From contig CAZVIA010000001.1 in assembly GCA_964627525.1 (NCBI GenBank), forward strand, positions 72,384 through 136,383: DNA of 64,000 nt, in the 5' to 3' direction. Positions 7,935 through 18,264 of the stretch are shown piece by piece. Each line of letters starts with the position of its first letter. Positions within the stretch are counted from its first letter, which is position 1. The notes under the pieces were generated by a model. The model saw only the letters and a list, made by a program, of their open reading frames with translations. It was not told the DNA's origin and ran no database searches. A program made the translations under genes and the position numbers. This DNA comes from an uncultured Gammaproteobacteria bacterium. Its GTDB lineage: Bacteria; Patescibacteriota; Patescibacteriia; Magasanikbacterales; JBBTQS01.

Positions 7935-10226
7935 TTATTCCTCCAAATGTCCCAGCACAAATTGTTTAACTTGTGTGCCATCTAAAATAAAACCCTGGCC
8001 TTTCACTTCGTCTATTGCAAAGTCCAATAAGTTTTCAGAATTATCAAACAAATATTGCACTTTTAATTTTCCAGTTTCTTTTTCAAAAACAACCACACGC
8101 TTATTCAGAGGATCAAAAACATACAACCAATCAGATTCAAATTTTGTCCAAACAGAAGTAGGGGATTCAAGAACAGGATCTGCACTACTTAATTTAAATT
8201 CTTGCAATTCGCCACGACTAAATGATTTTACATCACCATTGCCCATTAAAACCCAAGCCAAGCCATCAATACTCACACTAACTGCTTCAGATAAATCAAT
8301 TGCACCTTTAATCCAAGTAGTGCCAGAATCAAATCCTTCTTGATGCCTACCATGTTTGAAAATTTGATTTTGTTCAGGTACTAAAGAATACAAACGATCA
8401 TTATAAACCACGAGATCTTTAATTAAACCACCACCAGGAATATCAACTTGCATCAACTTATCTTCACCAGCGTATTTCCATTGCACGGCATTTTCATTTC
8501 CAACAAAGAAAATATGATCTTCATCAGTTGCAACACCAATATATTTTGCATCACTAAAACCACTAGAACTAGATTCAATATTTTCTTCAAATTTTGTAAC
8601 TTGAGTACCTCGCTCCAAAGCAACTAATTTTTTCAAATCATCAGACACAACAACTAACCCAGTAGAAACAATTAAATTATTTGCTTCATTCAAACCTTGG
8701 TCCACAGCATCTAACAAAATGGTAACTCCTGGATGTTCAGCATGTCTTAATTTTTCACGCATTTCATCAACTTTTTTTGTAAGACGTTCAGTTGTATTTT
8801 TTTGTTCACGAGATTTTGTTGGCAAAGCATTAAGTTTTTCAACAACATCCATAATCATTTCGCGCGCATGATCTTCTTCATTAAAAATCAAATTAGATTC
8901 TGCAGCGCTTAATTTAGATTCAATGCTAGTAATTTGCGCTTGATAAGCAGCTTCTTTGATTTGAGTTGTTTTGCGGTGTTTTAATACACCAATACTAATA
9001 ATAAAAATCACAATCAAAACAAGTCCAACAATAAATGCTATTTTACTAATGGTTGATAGTTTTTCAAACCACTTGCGCGCGCGTTCATAATTATCTGTAG
9101 TGATTTTTTTCCAATGATCGGTAAATTCTTTTCTACGATCACCTTGGTTTGTAATAAGAAAATATAAGGTTTGCAAAACTGTGACACAAGCAATTGCAGT
9201 CCATTTAATTCCACGCCAAATTAGATTTGCTCCAAGTAATCCATATTTTGTTCCGTGTCGGGCACTTGTATGCAAAATACCTTTTACTTGTTTGCGCCTA
9301 TCAGTTTGTTTTGGTTTTTCGTCATGATTATTTTCTCTATTGTCATCTTCATGTTCGCGACTACTTTTTTTACCAGCTTTTTCTTCAAACCGTGATTTAA
9401 GTTTTCCAAACAAACTAGGAGCAAGAATTTCTTCAGTATCTTGTTGTGTTTTTAAAAACTCTGTCAAAGATTCGTGTGGTTTTTTTCCGTCAGATTTATT
9501 TTTTGAAGAAACAAGTTCTTCGTTATCATAATCATGTTTTAATCTTTCAATTAAAATTCCACCAAAAGAAAATCCATTGTCAACATCTTCCAAAATATTT
9601 TGGAAATGCTTAATAGATTTTTTTGGCAACTTGTTTGCAAGAATTTGTTCGATTTGTTTTTTAGAAAAACCATCATCCACATGAGGTGAACAATATAGCA
9701 CGCGATCGTTTTCACCAATTCCTCCAGACACAATGTTTGAAAACATTTGTGAGTCATTATCTTGCTCACGATTTTCTTCAACTATGTCAATTGTTTTGTA
9801 AGAGCCATGCTTGTCTTGATATGCAACACAACCAATTGGATCGCCACGCATTGCAAAACACAAATCTTCTTCATTTACATAACCAAGAATAATGTGGATT
9901 TCTTCTTCCTCAATTTGCATTGCTCGCAACAAAGTAGAGCTACGTTTATTAATCCGTTCTAATAATTTTTCAAAATGAGACCCAATGTCTCGACCTCTTA
10001 ATTCTTCATCGTAAAAACCAGTTTCCAGTTCTTCAATCCATTTATTGATTGTATCCACTGTTTTTACTGTGGCTTGGTTGGCTTCAGCAACCATAAATAG
10101 GTAGCCGCGCCGATATTCCTCTTCATTTGCAGGTTCTGTTATGTGTAAAATTACCTGCGAACTGTCTGCATCGCGGCCTTCTACGAAAAATTCGTGTATA
10201 TTGATTTTTGAGTTTAATGCTCTCAT
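7935..10226 (-). CDS. membrane protein: degenerate PP2C-like N-domain, TM, coiled coil, C-terminal beta-propeller
   Basis: 763-aa ORF; central TM; NHL-like repeats (LYVFDPLNKRVVVF); domain calls are by eye. Confidence 0.65.
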   Translation of the reverse strand: MRALNSKINIHEFFVEGRDADSSQVILHITEPANEEEYRRGYLFMVAEANQATVKTVDTINKWIEELETGFYDEELRGRDIGSHFEKLLERINKRSSTLLRAMQIEEEEIHIILGYVNEEDLCFAMRGDPIGCVAYQDKHGSYKTIDIVEENREQDNDSQMFSNIVSGGIGENDRVLYCSPHVDDGFSKKQIEQILANKLPKKSIKHFQNILEDVDNGFSFGGILIERLKHDYDNEELVSSKNKSDGKKPHESLTEFLKTQQDTEEILAPSLFGKLKSRFEEKAGKKSSREHEDDNRENNHDEKPKQTDRRKQVKGILHTSARHGTKYGLLGANLIWRGIKWTAIACVTVLQTLYFLITNQGDRRKEFTDHWKKITTDNYERARKWFEKLSTISKIAFIVGLVLIVIFIISIGVLKHRKTTQIKEAAYQAQITSIESKLSAAESNLIFNEEDHAREMIMDVVEKLNALPTKSREQKNTTERLTKKVDEMREKLRHAEHPGVTILLDAVDQGLNEANNLIVSTGLVVVSDDLKKLVALERGTQVTKFEENIESSSSGFSDAKYIGVATDEDHIFFVGNENAVQWKYAGEDKLMQVDIPGGGLIKDLVVYNDRLYSLVPEQNQIFKHGRHQEGFDSGTTWIKGAIDLSEAVSVSIDGLAWVLMGNGDVKSFSRGELQEFKLSSADPVLESPTSVWTKFESDWLYVFDPLNKRVVVFEKETGKLKVQYLFDNSENLLDFAIDEVKGQGFILDGTQVKQFVLGHLEE

Positions 10227-10296
10227 ACCTTTGACGTCTTAAGTCATAGATATTATACTAAACTTACTGTATTAGGCAAAGTAATACTTAAAATAT

Positions 10297-10884
10297 ATGC
10301 TTGAACACTTATTTGGTTCAAAGACACGGGTACGCTTGCTGCGTCTTTTTTTTAGAAATTCAGACCAGCCGTTTTATGTGCGTGAAATGTCCAGACAGAT
10401 AAATAGTCAAATAAATGCGGTTCGTAGAGAACTTCAAAATCTGCAAAAAGCAGGTGTAATTAAAATTATTGAAAACCCTCCAGAAGATTCAGTTACAGAA
10501 ACCAACGCATCAAATCGTTGCACTTGGTATCAGCTTGATAAAGAATATTCTTTGCATGAGGAGATCAAAGCTTTGGTTATGAAGTCTCGTGTTTTAGATG
10601 AACAAGCTTTGGCAGATGAGATTGTAAAAGTTGCAAACAATGTCCACACACTTTTGTTCACAGGATGTTTTGTTGGAACTGAAGAAGCTCCGGTTGATTT
10701 GTTGGTAGTTGGTTCAGTGGACAAAACAAAATTTAATCGCTTGTTAAAAAAATACGAAAAAGAAATTGGTTCAGTAATTCGTTACACAATTTTGTCTACA
10801 AAAGAGTTTCAAGAGCGTCAACAAGTGGTTGATAGGTTTTTATATTCAATTTATCAAAATCCACATTTAATTGTCACTCCATAA
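10297..10884 (+). CDS. winged-helix plus nucleotidyltransferase-like domain protein
   Basis: LFGSKTRVRLL..YVREM..INAVRREL HTH; C-terminal VDLLVVG. Confidence 0.75.
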   Translation: MLEHLFGSKTRVRLLRLFFRNSDQPFYVREMSRQINSQINAVRRELQNLQKAGVIKIIENPPEDSVTETNASNRCTWYQLDKEYSLHEEIKALVMKSRVLDEQALADEIVKVANNVHTLLFTGCFVGTEEAPVDLLVVGSVDKTKFNRLLKKYEKEIGSVIRYTILSTKEFQERQQVVDRFLYSIYQNPHLIVTP

Positions 10885-10885
10885 T

Positions 10886-11326
10886 ATGGCAGAAAAAATA
10901 TTTCTAGGTGTTGATTGTACACAAGATAATGAGTGTGAGTTGTTTTTGTTCATGAATACAAAAATTGTTCATGAAAAATTTCAGTCGCGCGCACAGTCTT
11001 TGGCAGAAAATCTGGAAACTTTTTTAGACAAAAATAAAATAAAATTAAATCAGCTTTGTGGAATTTTAGTTGTAAATGGAAAAGGTTCATTTATGGCAAA
11101 TAGAATGAGCACAACCTTTGTAAATGGGTTGGCATATTCATTACAAATTCTAGCTAAAGAAGTTGATTCTCTTGAAAATTTTAATTTAAGGGATTTTGAG
11201 GCTTTAAAAGCCTCAAAATCCCCAAAAAACCAAAAACCCCAAGAACCTTCTCAAGCCCTTGCAAAATTTGCCAAAACACGTTATTATACAGAGCCTAACA
11301 TAACCATAAAAAAGGCAAAAAAATGA
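10886..11326 (+). CDS. tsaB: short TsaB-like (t6A) protein
   Basis: GILVVNGKGSFMANR resembles the TsaB motif GPGSFTGLR; C-terminal YYTEPNIT. Confidence 0.6.
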   Translation: MAEKIFLGVDCTQDNECELFLFMNTKIVHEKFQSRAQSLAENLETFLDKNKIKLNQLCGILVVNGKGSFMANRMSTTFVNGLAYSLQILAKEVDSLENFNLRDFEALKASKSPKNQKPQEPSQALAKFAKTRYYTEPNITIKKAKK

Positions 11327-12855
11327 TTTCAGATTATACAAAATATCGTATCTATGAGACTTTACCTGGGTTGCTGATTTGGGCTGTTTTGATTGGTGGT
11401 TTTGTGTTCTCATTTATAAAGCCACTTTGGGTAATTTATTTTATTATTATTTTTGATATTTTTTGGGTGCACAGAGTTGTATATTTTTCAGTTTATCTGA
11501 CAACTTCAATTATCAAATACAAACAAGCACAAAAAACAAATTGGCACGAAAAACTTAAATTAGAAAAACCAGAATGGAAAGAATATCTGCATTGTATTTT
11601 TTTGCCAGTTTATAATGAAGAAGAATATGTTGTGCGTTCTTCAATTGAAGCTTTATTAAAAGAAACAATGCCTTCTGAACAAATGATTGTTGTGTTAGCA
11701 GGGGAGGAGCGTAAAAAAGAACACTTTGAAACTTTTTGTTATAAAATGCAAAAAGAATATGGTCATAAGTTTAAACATTTCATGGTGACAATTCACCCAA
11801 AAGATTTGCCAGATGAGATTCCTGGAAAAGGTTCTAACACACATTTTGCAGCTCATTTAGTTCAAAATTATATTGATGATTTGGGTATCCCATATGAAAA
11901 AGTAATTGTGAGTAATTTTGATATTGATACAATTGCGCATCCACAATATTTTAGTTATCTAACTTATAAATATTTAAGTCAGCCAGATCCAACTCGCGCT
12001 TCTTATCAGCCAGTGCCTTTGTATAATAATAATATGTGGGAGTCGCCGTCAGTTTTAAGAGTGATGGCTTTTGGTACAACTTTTTGGTTGTTAACAGAAT
12101 TACCGCGACCAGATCGCATGATTACTTTTTCTTCTCATAGTATGAGTTTTAAGGCGTTAGTTGATGTTGGTTTTTGGGAAAAAAGAATTGTGAGTGAGGA
12201 TTCAAGAATTTTTTGGCAATGTTATTTGCATTATGAAGGTGATTATCAAACAGTACCAATGTATTTGCCGGTTTCAATGGACACTGTTCGTGATGATAAT
12301 TGGTGGGTTTCTATTAAAAACTTATACAAACAGCAACGTCGTTGGGCATGGGGTGCAGAACATATTCCTTTTTTGCTTTGGCACTTTCCAAAAAAACCAA
12401 AAATTTCTTTGTTTTGGAAATTCAAATATTTGTTTAACATGATTGAGGGAAAATTTTCTTGGTCAACTGCAGCTGTAATGATTTTGGTTTTTGGTCGTCT
12501 TCCTTTGTGGGTTGCTGGAGATGAAGTTCGTCAGACAGTTTTATTTCAAAACACACCACATATTTTAGAGTGGTTAATGGGAATTGCAATGCTTGGTATA
12601 CTAGTTTCAATGACATATAGTTTGGCAATGTTACCACCACGACCAAATTCAGCTAGATCAAAACAAATGTTAATAATGGTTTTGCAGTGGGTGTTGTTGC
12701 CAATTTCTTTGTTAGTAGTTGGTGCAATTCCAGCAATTGATTCTGTAACAAGATTAATGTTTGGAAAATATTTAGGTTTTGATGTTTCAAAAAAACAACG
12801 TAAAATTTTAGGAGTACACACAGATTATGTTCAACAAAAACAAGGACAAGCATAA
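11323..12855 (+). CDS. membrane glycosyltransferase family 2
   Basis: LPVYNE, DID, SED and QQRRWAWG motifs; flanking TM helices. Confidence 0.88.
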   Translation: MISDYTKYRIYETLPGLLIWAVLIGGFVFSFIKPLWVIYFIIIFDIFWVHRVVYFSVYLTTSIIKYKQAQKTNWHEKLKLEKPEWKEYLHCIFLPVYNEEEYVVRSSIEALLKETMPSEQMIVVLAGEERKKEHFETFCYKMQKEYGHKFKHFMVTIHPKDLPDEIPGKGSNTHFAAHLVQNYIDDLGIPYEKVIVSNFDIDTIAHPQYFSYLTYKYLSQPDPTRASYQPVPLYNNNMWESPSVLRVMAFGTTFWLLTELPRPDRMITFSSHSMSFKALVDVGFWEKRIVSEDSRIFWQCYLHYEGDYQTVPMYLPVSMDTVRDDNWWVSIKNLYKQQRRWAWGAEHIPFLLWHFPKKPKISLFWKFKYLFNMIEGKFSWSTAAVMILVFGRLPLWVAGDEVRQTVLFQNTPHILEWLMGIAMLGILVSMTYSLAMLPPRPNSARSKQMLIMVLQWVLLPISLLVVGAIPAIDSVTRLMFGKYLGFDVSKKQRKILGVHTDYVQQKQGQA

Positions 12856-14335
12856 AGACAAATATAAAGAGCAAAAATCACACACTTGTATGTGGTTGGT
12901 TTTTTTGTTTATTGCACTTGCTGTTGGGTTGGGAATTTGGGGATATCGTTTTAGTAAAGATATGGTAAATGATTTTAAGGAAGAGTTTAAATTAATTGGT
13001 GAGGATTATGGTGAGTCTCTTTCTTCTGTGCAAGAAATAATGCCATATTTTTTAGGAACAGGTGGACAGAAAAGAAAGATTTTAGTTTTATTACAAAACA
13101 ATACTGAATTGCGGCCTACAGGAGGTTTTATTGGAACATATGGAATTATAGAAATTAAAGATGGAGAATTATTAGATTGGTTTATACAAGGAACTGAAAT
13201 TTTGGATGGTGCTGCAAATCCAGATTCTTTGCAAAAATCTCCAGAGCCACTTGAAAAATATATGGTTCAGCCAGTTTATTATTTTAGAGATGGAAATTGG
13301 TCTCCGGATTTTCCAACAGCAGTGAACAATTTACTTGTTCAGTATAATCAGGAAACAGGAACTGATACAAAGTTTGATGGTGTGGTTGCAATCAATGCAA
13401 CTGTACTTGAAAGAATGATGGAATATATTGGAAATATAGAAGTTGAAGGTGTTGAATTGCGTGCAGATAATTTTATTGAGCGTTTAGAGTATGAAGTTGA
13501 GTATGGTTATGAGCAACGAGGTCATAGTTTTGAAAATAGAAAGAATTTTATTCCAAAAGTTTTTGAAGAAATTTTAAAAAAGTTTGAAGAGGATCCTATG
13601 GGATTGTGGCCAATGCTTGTGCGTGTGCCTTTGGAAAGTTTAATGGATAATCATATTTTGTTGTGGTCTGCAGATACTGAAGTTCAAGAAAATATTTTAA
13701 AGCAAGGTGGTTCAGGTCAGGTGCATAAGTTGCATGAAAAGCAAGATGGTTTTATGGTGGTTGATGCAAACTTAGCAAGTTTAAAAACAGATCATGCAAT
13801 TGAGAGATCTTATGATTATAAAGTTTCAAAAGATGAGTTATTAGACAGGTGGAATGGTGAGTTGACAGTGACGTATAAACACAATGGAACTTTTGATTGG
13901 CGTACAACAAGGTATAGAAGTTATACAAGATTTTACTTACCAAAGGGTGCTAATCTTGCTGATGGTGAAGGTGCTATGGTAAAAGATAGAAGTGATGAAC
14001 AAGGTGCTTTTCAAGATTGGGGTGAGGAATTTGGCAGAAAAGTATATGGTGCTTTTATTTCTGTTGAGCCAGGACAGACTCATGTTTTGAGGATTAAATA
14101 TCAACTTCCAGAAAATATTGATAAAGCAATAGAATCAGGGTTGTATACACTTTTTGTTCAGAAGCAACCTGGACTTCATAATCCTGAATTGACTATTGCT
14201 CTAGATTTTGGTAAAAATATTACTGCAGCTGCACCTGGAGAAGATGAGTCACAATGGGGTGACACAAGTTATAAAATAAAGACTGATTTGCGAGTTAGTC
14301 GCAATGTCTGGGTGGAGTTTCAAAAAACAAAATAA
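12827..14335 (+). CDS. DUF4012-like membrane-anchored protein
   Basis: LLQNNTELRPTGGFIG, RDGNWSPDFP and QKQPG motifs. Confidence 0.8.
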   Translation: MFNKNKDKHKDKYKEQKSHTCMWLVFLFIALAVGLGIWGYRFSKDMVNDFKEEFKLIGEDYGESLSSVQEIMPYFLGTGGQKRKILVLLQNNTELRPTGGFIGTYGIIEIKDGELLDWFIQGTEILDGAANPDSLQKSPEPLEKYMVQPVYYFRDGNWSPDFPTAVNNLLVQYNQETGTDTKFDGVVAINATVLERMMEYIGNIEVEGVELRADNFIERLEYEVEYGYEQRGHSFENRKNFIPKVFEEILKKFEEDPMGLWPMLVRVPLESLMDNHILLWSADTEVQENILKQGGSGQVHKLHEKQDGFMVVDANLASLKTDHAIERSYDYKVSKDELLDRWNGELTVTYKHNGTFDWRTTRYRSYTRFYLPKGANLADGEGAMVKDRSDEQGAFQDWGEEFGRKVYGAFISVEPGQTHVLRIKYQLPENIDKAIESGLYTLFVQKQPGLHNPELTIALDFGKNITAAAPGEDESQWGDTSYKIKTDLRVSRNVWVEFQKTK

Positions 14336-14338
14336 AAT

Positions 14339-15346
14339 ATGTTTATAAAAAAGGTTGGCATAGATTTGGGCACAACCAATGTCTTGGTTTTTGTTCCAAA
14401 AAGAGGAATCATTATAAATGAGCCTTCTGTTGTTGCGATTTCAAAAGCTGACCGCAAAGTTTTGGCTGTTGGTAAAGAAGCTAAAGATATGATTGGTCGT
14501 ACACCAGATACAATTGTTGCTGAACGACCCTTGAAAGATGGTGTGATTGCAAATTATAGAACAACTGAAGCAATGTTGCGATATTTTATTAATAAGGCTT
14601 TGGGTGGTGTTCGGTTGTTTAGACCAGAAGTTATGGTTGCTGTTCCTGGAGGAATTACTTCAACAGAACGTCGTGCTGTTATTGATGCAACAATTGCTGC
14701 GGGCGCGCGTGCTGCTTATATTATTAAAGAGCCGATTGTTGCAGCTATTGGTTCAGATATTCCAATTGGTTCTGCATCAGGTCATATGATTGTAGATATT
14801 GGTGGTGGTACAGCTGAAATTGCTGTGATTTCTTTGGGTGGAATTGTGAGTAGTGGAAGTGTGCGTATTGGTGGAAATAAATTTGATTCAGCAATTGCAG
14901 AACATGTTCGTCGTAAATATGGTTTAGCTGTTGGCGAAAGAACTGCTGAAGATATAAAAATTCAAGTTGGTTCTGCAATGTATATGGATAAAAAACTTTC
15001 AATGGAAGTTCGTGGTCGTGATATGGTGAGTGGTTTACCAAGAACAATTACTGTTTCTTCACATGATGTAACTGATGCAATTCAACATGAGTTACAGGGT
15101 TTGATTCAAGCGATTAAAGAAGTTTTGCATGACACTCCACCAGAATTATCTGCAGATGTTATGGATAAAGGAATGATAATGTCAGGTGGTTCTTCTCAAT
15201 TACGAAATTTGGATGAATTAGTGGCGCAAGCAACTGGTGTGCCAACTTATATGGCAGATGAGCCGTTGTTGTGTGTTGCAAAAGGAACTGGTATTGCTTT
15301 GGAAAATCTAGACAGTTATAAGAGAAGTATTTTGGCTACTAGATAG
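14339..15346 (+). CDS. mreB: rod shape-determining protein MreB
   Basis: [21 protein letters not shown] and TPPELSAD motifs. Confidence 0.97.
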   Translation: MFIKKVGIDLGTTNVLVFVPKRGIIINEPSVVAISKADRKVLAVGKEAKDMIGRTPDTIVAERPLKDGVIANYRTTEAMLRYFINKALGGVRLFRPEVMVAVPGGITSTERRAVIDATIAAGARAAYIIKEPIVAAIGSDIPIGSASGHMIVDIGGGTAEIAVISLGGIVSSGSVRIGGNKFDSAIAEHVRRKYGLAVGERTAEDIKIQVGSAMYMDKKLSMEVRGRDMVSGLPRTITVSSHDVTDAIQHELQGLIQAIKEVLHDTPPELSADVMDKGMIMSGGSSQLRNLDELVAQATGVPTYMADEPLLCVAKGTGIALENLDSYKRSILATR

Positions 15347-15397
15347 TTTTGAGTTGGGTTGGATTTTGGATTGGTTGAATTTAAGTTTTGGGTTTTT

Positions 15398-16504
15398 ATG
15401 AAAATTGCAATTGATGCTTCTCGTGCAAATGTTAAACAAAGAACAGGCGTAGAAAATTATGCTTTTTTTGTTATTCAAAATTTAAAAAAAATTATTGGGC
15501 CAGAGTCTGGACATGAAGTTATTTTATATGCGCGCGAGTCATTGCAAGGGGGGTTAGCTAAGTTGCCTACAAACTGGAAAGCAAAAACTTTGCGCGCGCC
15601 GTTTAATAAATTTTGGACACAAGTGCGCTTGTCTTTAGAAATGTTGTTTAGTCGTCCAGATGTTTTGTTTGTGCCAGGGCATGTTTTACCATTTATTTGT
15701 CCAAAAAAATCTGTTGTTGTTGTGCATGATGTTGCAGCAATGAGATTTTCTGAATCTTATTCTGGTTTTGAGAGGTGGTATAACAAATTTTCTGTGAAAT
15801 TTGCTTTAAAGCGTGCGAACACAATTATTGTTCCTTCTAATTTTACAAAAAGAGAAATTGAGATTTTTTTTGACGCAAAACATAGGGCAGAAATTGTTGT
15901 GGTGGCTGAAGGTTTTGATCATGAAAATTTTTATCCAGAGTTAAGTGCGGAAAAAGTTGGGGAAGTTTTGCGGCGATTAAAAGTTCAACAGCCTTATTTG
16001 TTTTTTGTTGGAAGGTTGGAAGAAAAAAAAGATGTTGTAACTTTGGTCAAAGCTTATGAAAAAGTTTGTGAATATTTGGGTGTGGAGTTGCAATTGGTTT
16101 TAGGTGGAAAGTCAGGTTATGGTTATGAAAAAATTCAAAATGTGATTAGTCAGTCTAAATTTAAAAATAATATTAAGGAATTGGGTTGGGTAAGTGATGA
16201 TGATTTGCCTTGCTTATATAAAGAGGCAAAAGTTTTTTGTTTTGCAACAAAGTATGAGGGGTTTGGTTTGCCTGTTTTAGAAGCTTTGGGTTGTGGTACG
16301 CCAGTGATTGCAAGGCAGGGGAGTGCTTGTGAAGAAATTGCAAAAGATTATGTGACTTTGGTTGATGATTCAGTTGAAAGTTTGGTGGATGCTATTTTGG
16401 AAATTTTACAAAAAGATTTTAAATTGGATTTTTCAAAAATTATTCATGAAAAATTTTCTTGGGAAAAAACTTCTGAACAAATTGCACGAATTTTACAAGG
16501 GTGA
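15398..16504 (+). CDS. glycosyltransferase family 4
   Basis: MKIAIDAS, GRLEEKK and YEGFGLPVLEA motifs. Confidence 0.92.
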   Translation: MKIAIDASRANVKQRTGVENYAFFVIQNLKKIIGPESGHEVILYARESLQGGLAKLPTNWKAKTLRAPFNKFWTQVRLSLEMLFSRPDVLFVPGHVLPFICPKKSVVVVHDVAAMRFSESYSGFERWYNKFSVKFALKRANTIIVPSNFTKREIEIFFDAKHRAEIVVVAEGFDHENFYPELSAEKVGEVLRRLKVQQPYLFFVGRLEEKKDVVTLVKAYEKVCEYLGVELQLVLGGKSGYGYEKIQNVISQSKFKNNIKELGWVSDDDLPCLYKEAKVFCFATKYEGFGLPVLEALGCGTPVIARQGSACEEIAKDYVTLVDDSVESLVDAILEILQKDFKLDFSKIIHEKFSWEKTSEQIARILQG

Positions 16505-16692
16505 TTTTTTATGGGCAAAATTTGCAAAGCAAATTTTGCCCCCCCCTATTTAATAAAAAGAAAAAACACTTGGGAAGAGGTTCCTAATGTAGGAAGCTGA
16601 TATCCAGGTGTTTTTCTTGTTGGTTTGTCCCGAGAAGCTAGGGTCTATTACACCGTTCATGTATCTCAGGATTTTATTTTGTTGTGAAAGGA

Positions 16693-17172
16693 TCAGGAAG
16701 CTTCTTGAGACCCAAGATGTGTGTCATCTTGGGAACAGTACCAACCCTTGGTAGCGTCGTACACCATCACAGCATGACATTGGGGGCACTCTGGAGGTTC
16801 GTCGTCACTAAGTTTGGGAGGTTCAGTTGGAGCTTCAGTTTTCTCATGACTTTTTTTACTAAGCCTAGATTCGAGTCTTCTTGCTGTTTCAAGCAAATTA
16901 CCCTCAAGCATAGTAATTTGAAACAAAGCTTCTGCAAGTGTTATCTTGGCCTGACTCACAGAATCTGAATGTTCTAGCAGTGCTGCAGTACATGTTTCAA
17001 TATCTTTTGAGTTCAGCTTTCCTTTTGCCAACAATTTTGCAGATGAAGAAATCAACGCAACACTTGTTTCAACATTACCTGAAATTGATACTTGTGAACG
17101 TACTAGAGAGTAGATCATTGTGTGAAGTTCTCTCAAAATAAGTGCATGCAAAGGATCGTACTGGTCTTTCAT
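16693..17172 (-). CDS. orphan protein with C-terminal zinc-ribbon-like motif
   Basis: GGGAGG SD before ATG 17172; CPQC...WYC...H at the C-terminus. Confidence 0.65.
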   Translation of the reverse strand: MKDQYDPLHALILRELHTMIYSLVRSQVSISGNVETSVALISSSAKLLAKGKLNSKDIETCTAALLEHSDSVSQAKITLAEALFQITMLEGNLLETARRLESRLSKKSHEKTEAPTEPPKLSDDEPPECPQCHAVMVYDATKGWYCSQDDTHLGSQEAS

Positions 17173-17230
17173 CTTTCCCTCCCTTTTTTTCCCTCTTCTT
17201 AAACACCCGAGCAAAATCACCCGAGAGATT

Positions 17231-17259
17231 ATGCTAGCATTTGTACCTAATTTTGTCAA
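17231..17259 (-). promoter_or_regulatory. sigma70-type promoter
   Basis: TTGACA-17 nt-(TGc)TAGCAT on the minus strand. Confidence 0.6.
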
Positions 17260-17301
17260 GACTGTTGTCAGGCTGGTTTTTCTGCTAAAGTATGTGCAGT
17301 T

Positions 17302-18264
17302 ATGATCACTTTTTCATACAAAAACCTTAAAGATCACATTAAAAAAACATGGGATGAAAACACAATTTCCCATGCTTATTGTATTACAGGCCCATCAGGA
17401 GCAGGGAAGGAGTTGTTAACACAAGAATTGCTCAATAGTTTTTATCCAAAAAAAGCTGAACAAATTGGAAATGTGTTTCAAATATATCCACAAACAGCAG
17501 AGCAATCTAAAACTAAAAAAACTCGCAAAGATATTACAATAGATCAAATCCGTGACATAAGATCAATGCTAATGGGCGGTTCACTTTTTAGTAAAAAACG
17601 AATTATAATAATTCAACCTGCTGAAGCAATGAGTTCAGGTGCAGCAAACGCTCTTTTGAAAATTTTAGAAGAAGCACCGCGTGACACAATTTTTTTCTTA
17701 CTTTCAAATGCATGGCATGAGCTTCCTGAAACAGTTTTATCAAGATGCCAAACTTTTCACTTAACAACAACAAACAAAGACTTGGCAAAAGAAGTTTTAA
17801 AACAGCACAGTACAGATACAATTTTTACGGAACATGTTATTGATACTAGTTTTGGTTTATTGGGAAATGCGTACAAAAGATTAACTGATCAAGAGCTCCG
17901 TGATGAGTTTGATAAAAATACACAATTGTTTTTTGATTTAATTGGTCAGCCAATTCATGAGCAACGCAAAAAAATTGAACATATTTTTGGAGATAAAAAA
18001 GATCACACAGCGCAGCGTAGAAAAATTTCTCAACTATTAAAAAATTGGCAGTGTATGATTGATGTGTGTATTAAGCACAACACAAGTCCTGAATTAGTTC
18101 CGCAAATTTACGCACCATATTTTAAGAAAATAGAAAATGCGCAATTTACCAACAAGAAATTTGCGCAGATTTTGCGTTCGCTAATGTATGCAGATCATGC
18201 TATTATTAATAATGTAAATCCTAGATTATTATTTGAAAACATAATGATAAAAATGTATGCGTAA
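17302..18264 (+). CDS. holB: DNA polymerase III delta' subunit
   Basis: HAYCITGPSGAGK, ITIDQIR, AANALLKILEE and TVLSRC motifs. Confidence 0.9.
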   Translation: MITFSYKNLKDHIKKTWDENTISHAYCITGPSGAGKELLTQELLNSFYPKKAEQIGNVFQIYPQTAEQSKTKKTRKDITIDQIRDIRSMLMGGSLFSKKRIIIIQPAEAMSSGAANALLKILEEAPRDTIFFLLSNAWHELPETVLSRCQTFHLTTTNKDLAKEVLKQHSTDTIFTEHVIDTSFGLLGNAYKRLTDQELRDEFDKNTQLFFDLIGQPIHEQRKKIEHIFGDKKDHTAQRRKISQLLKNWQCMIDVCIKHNTSPELVPQIYAPYFKKIENAQFTNKKFAQILRSLMYADHAIINNVNPRLLFENIMIKMYA

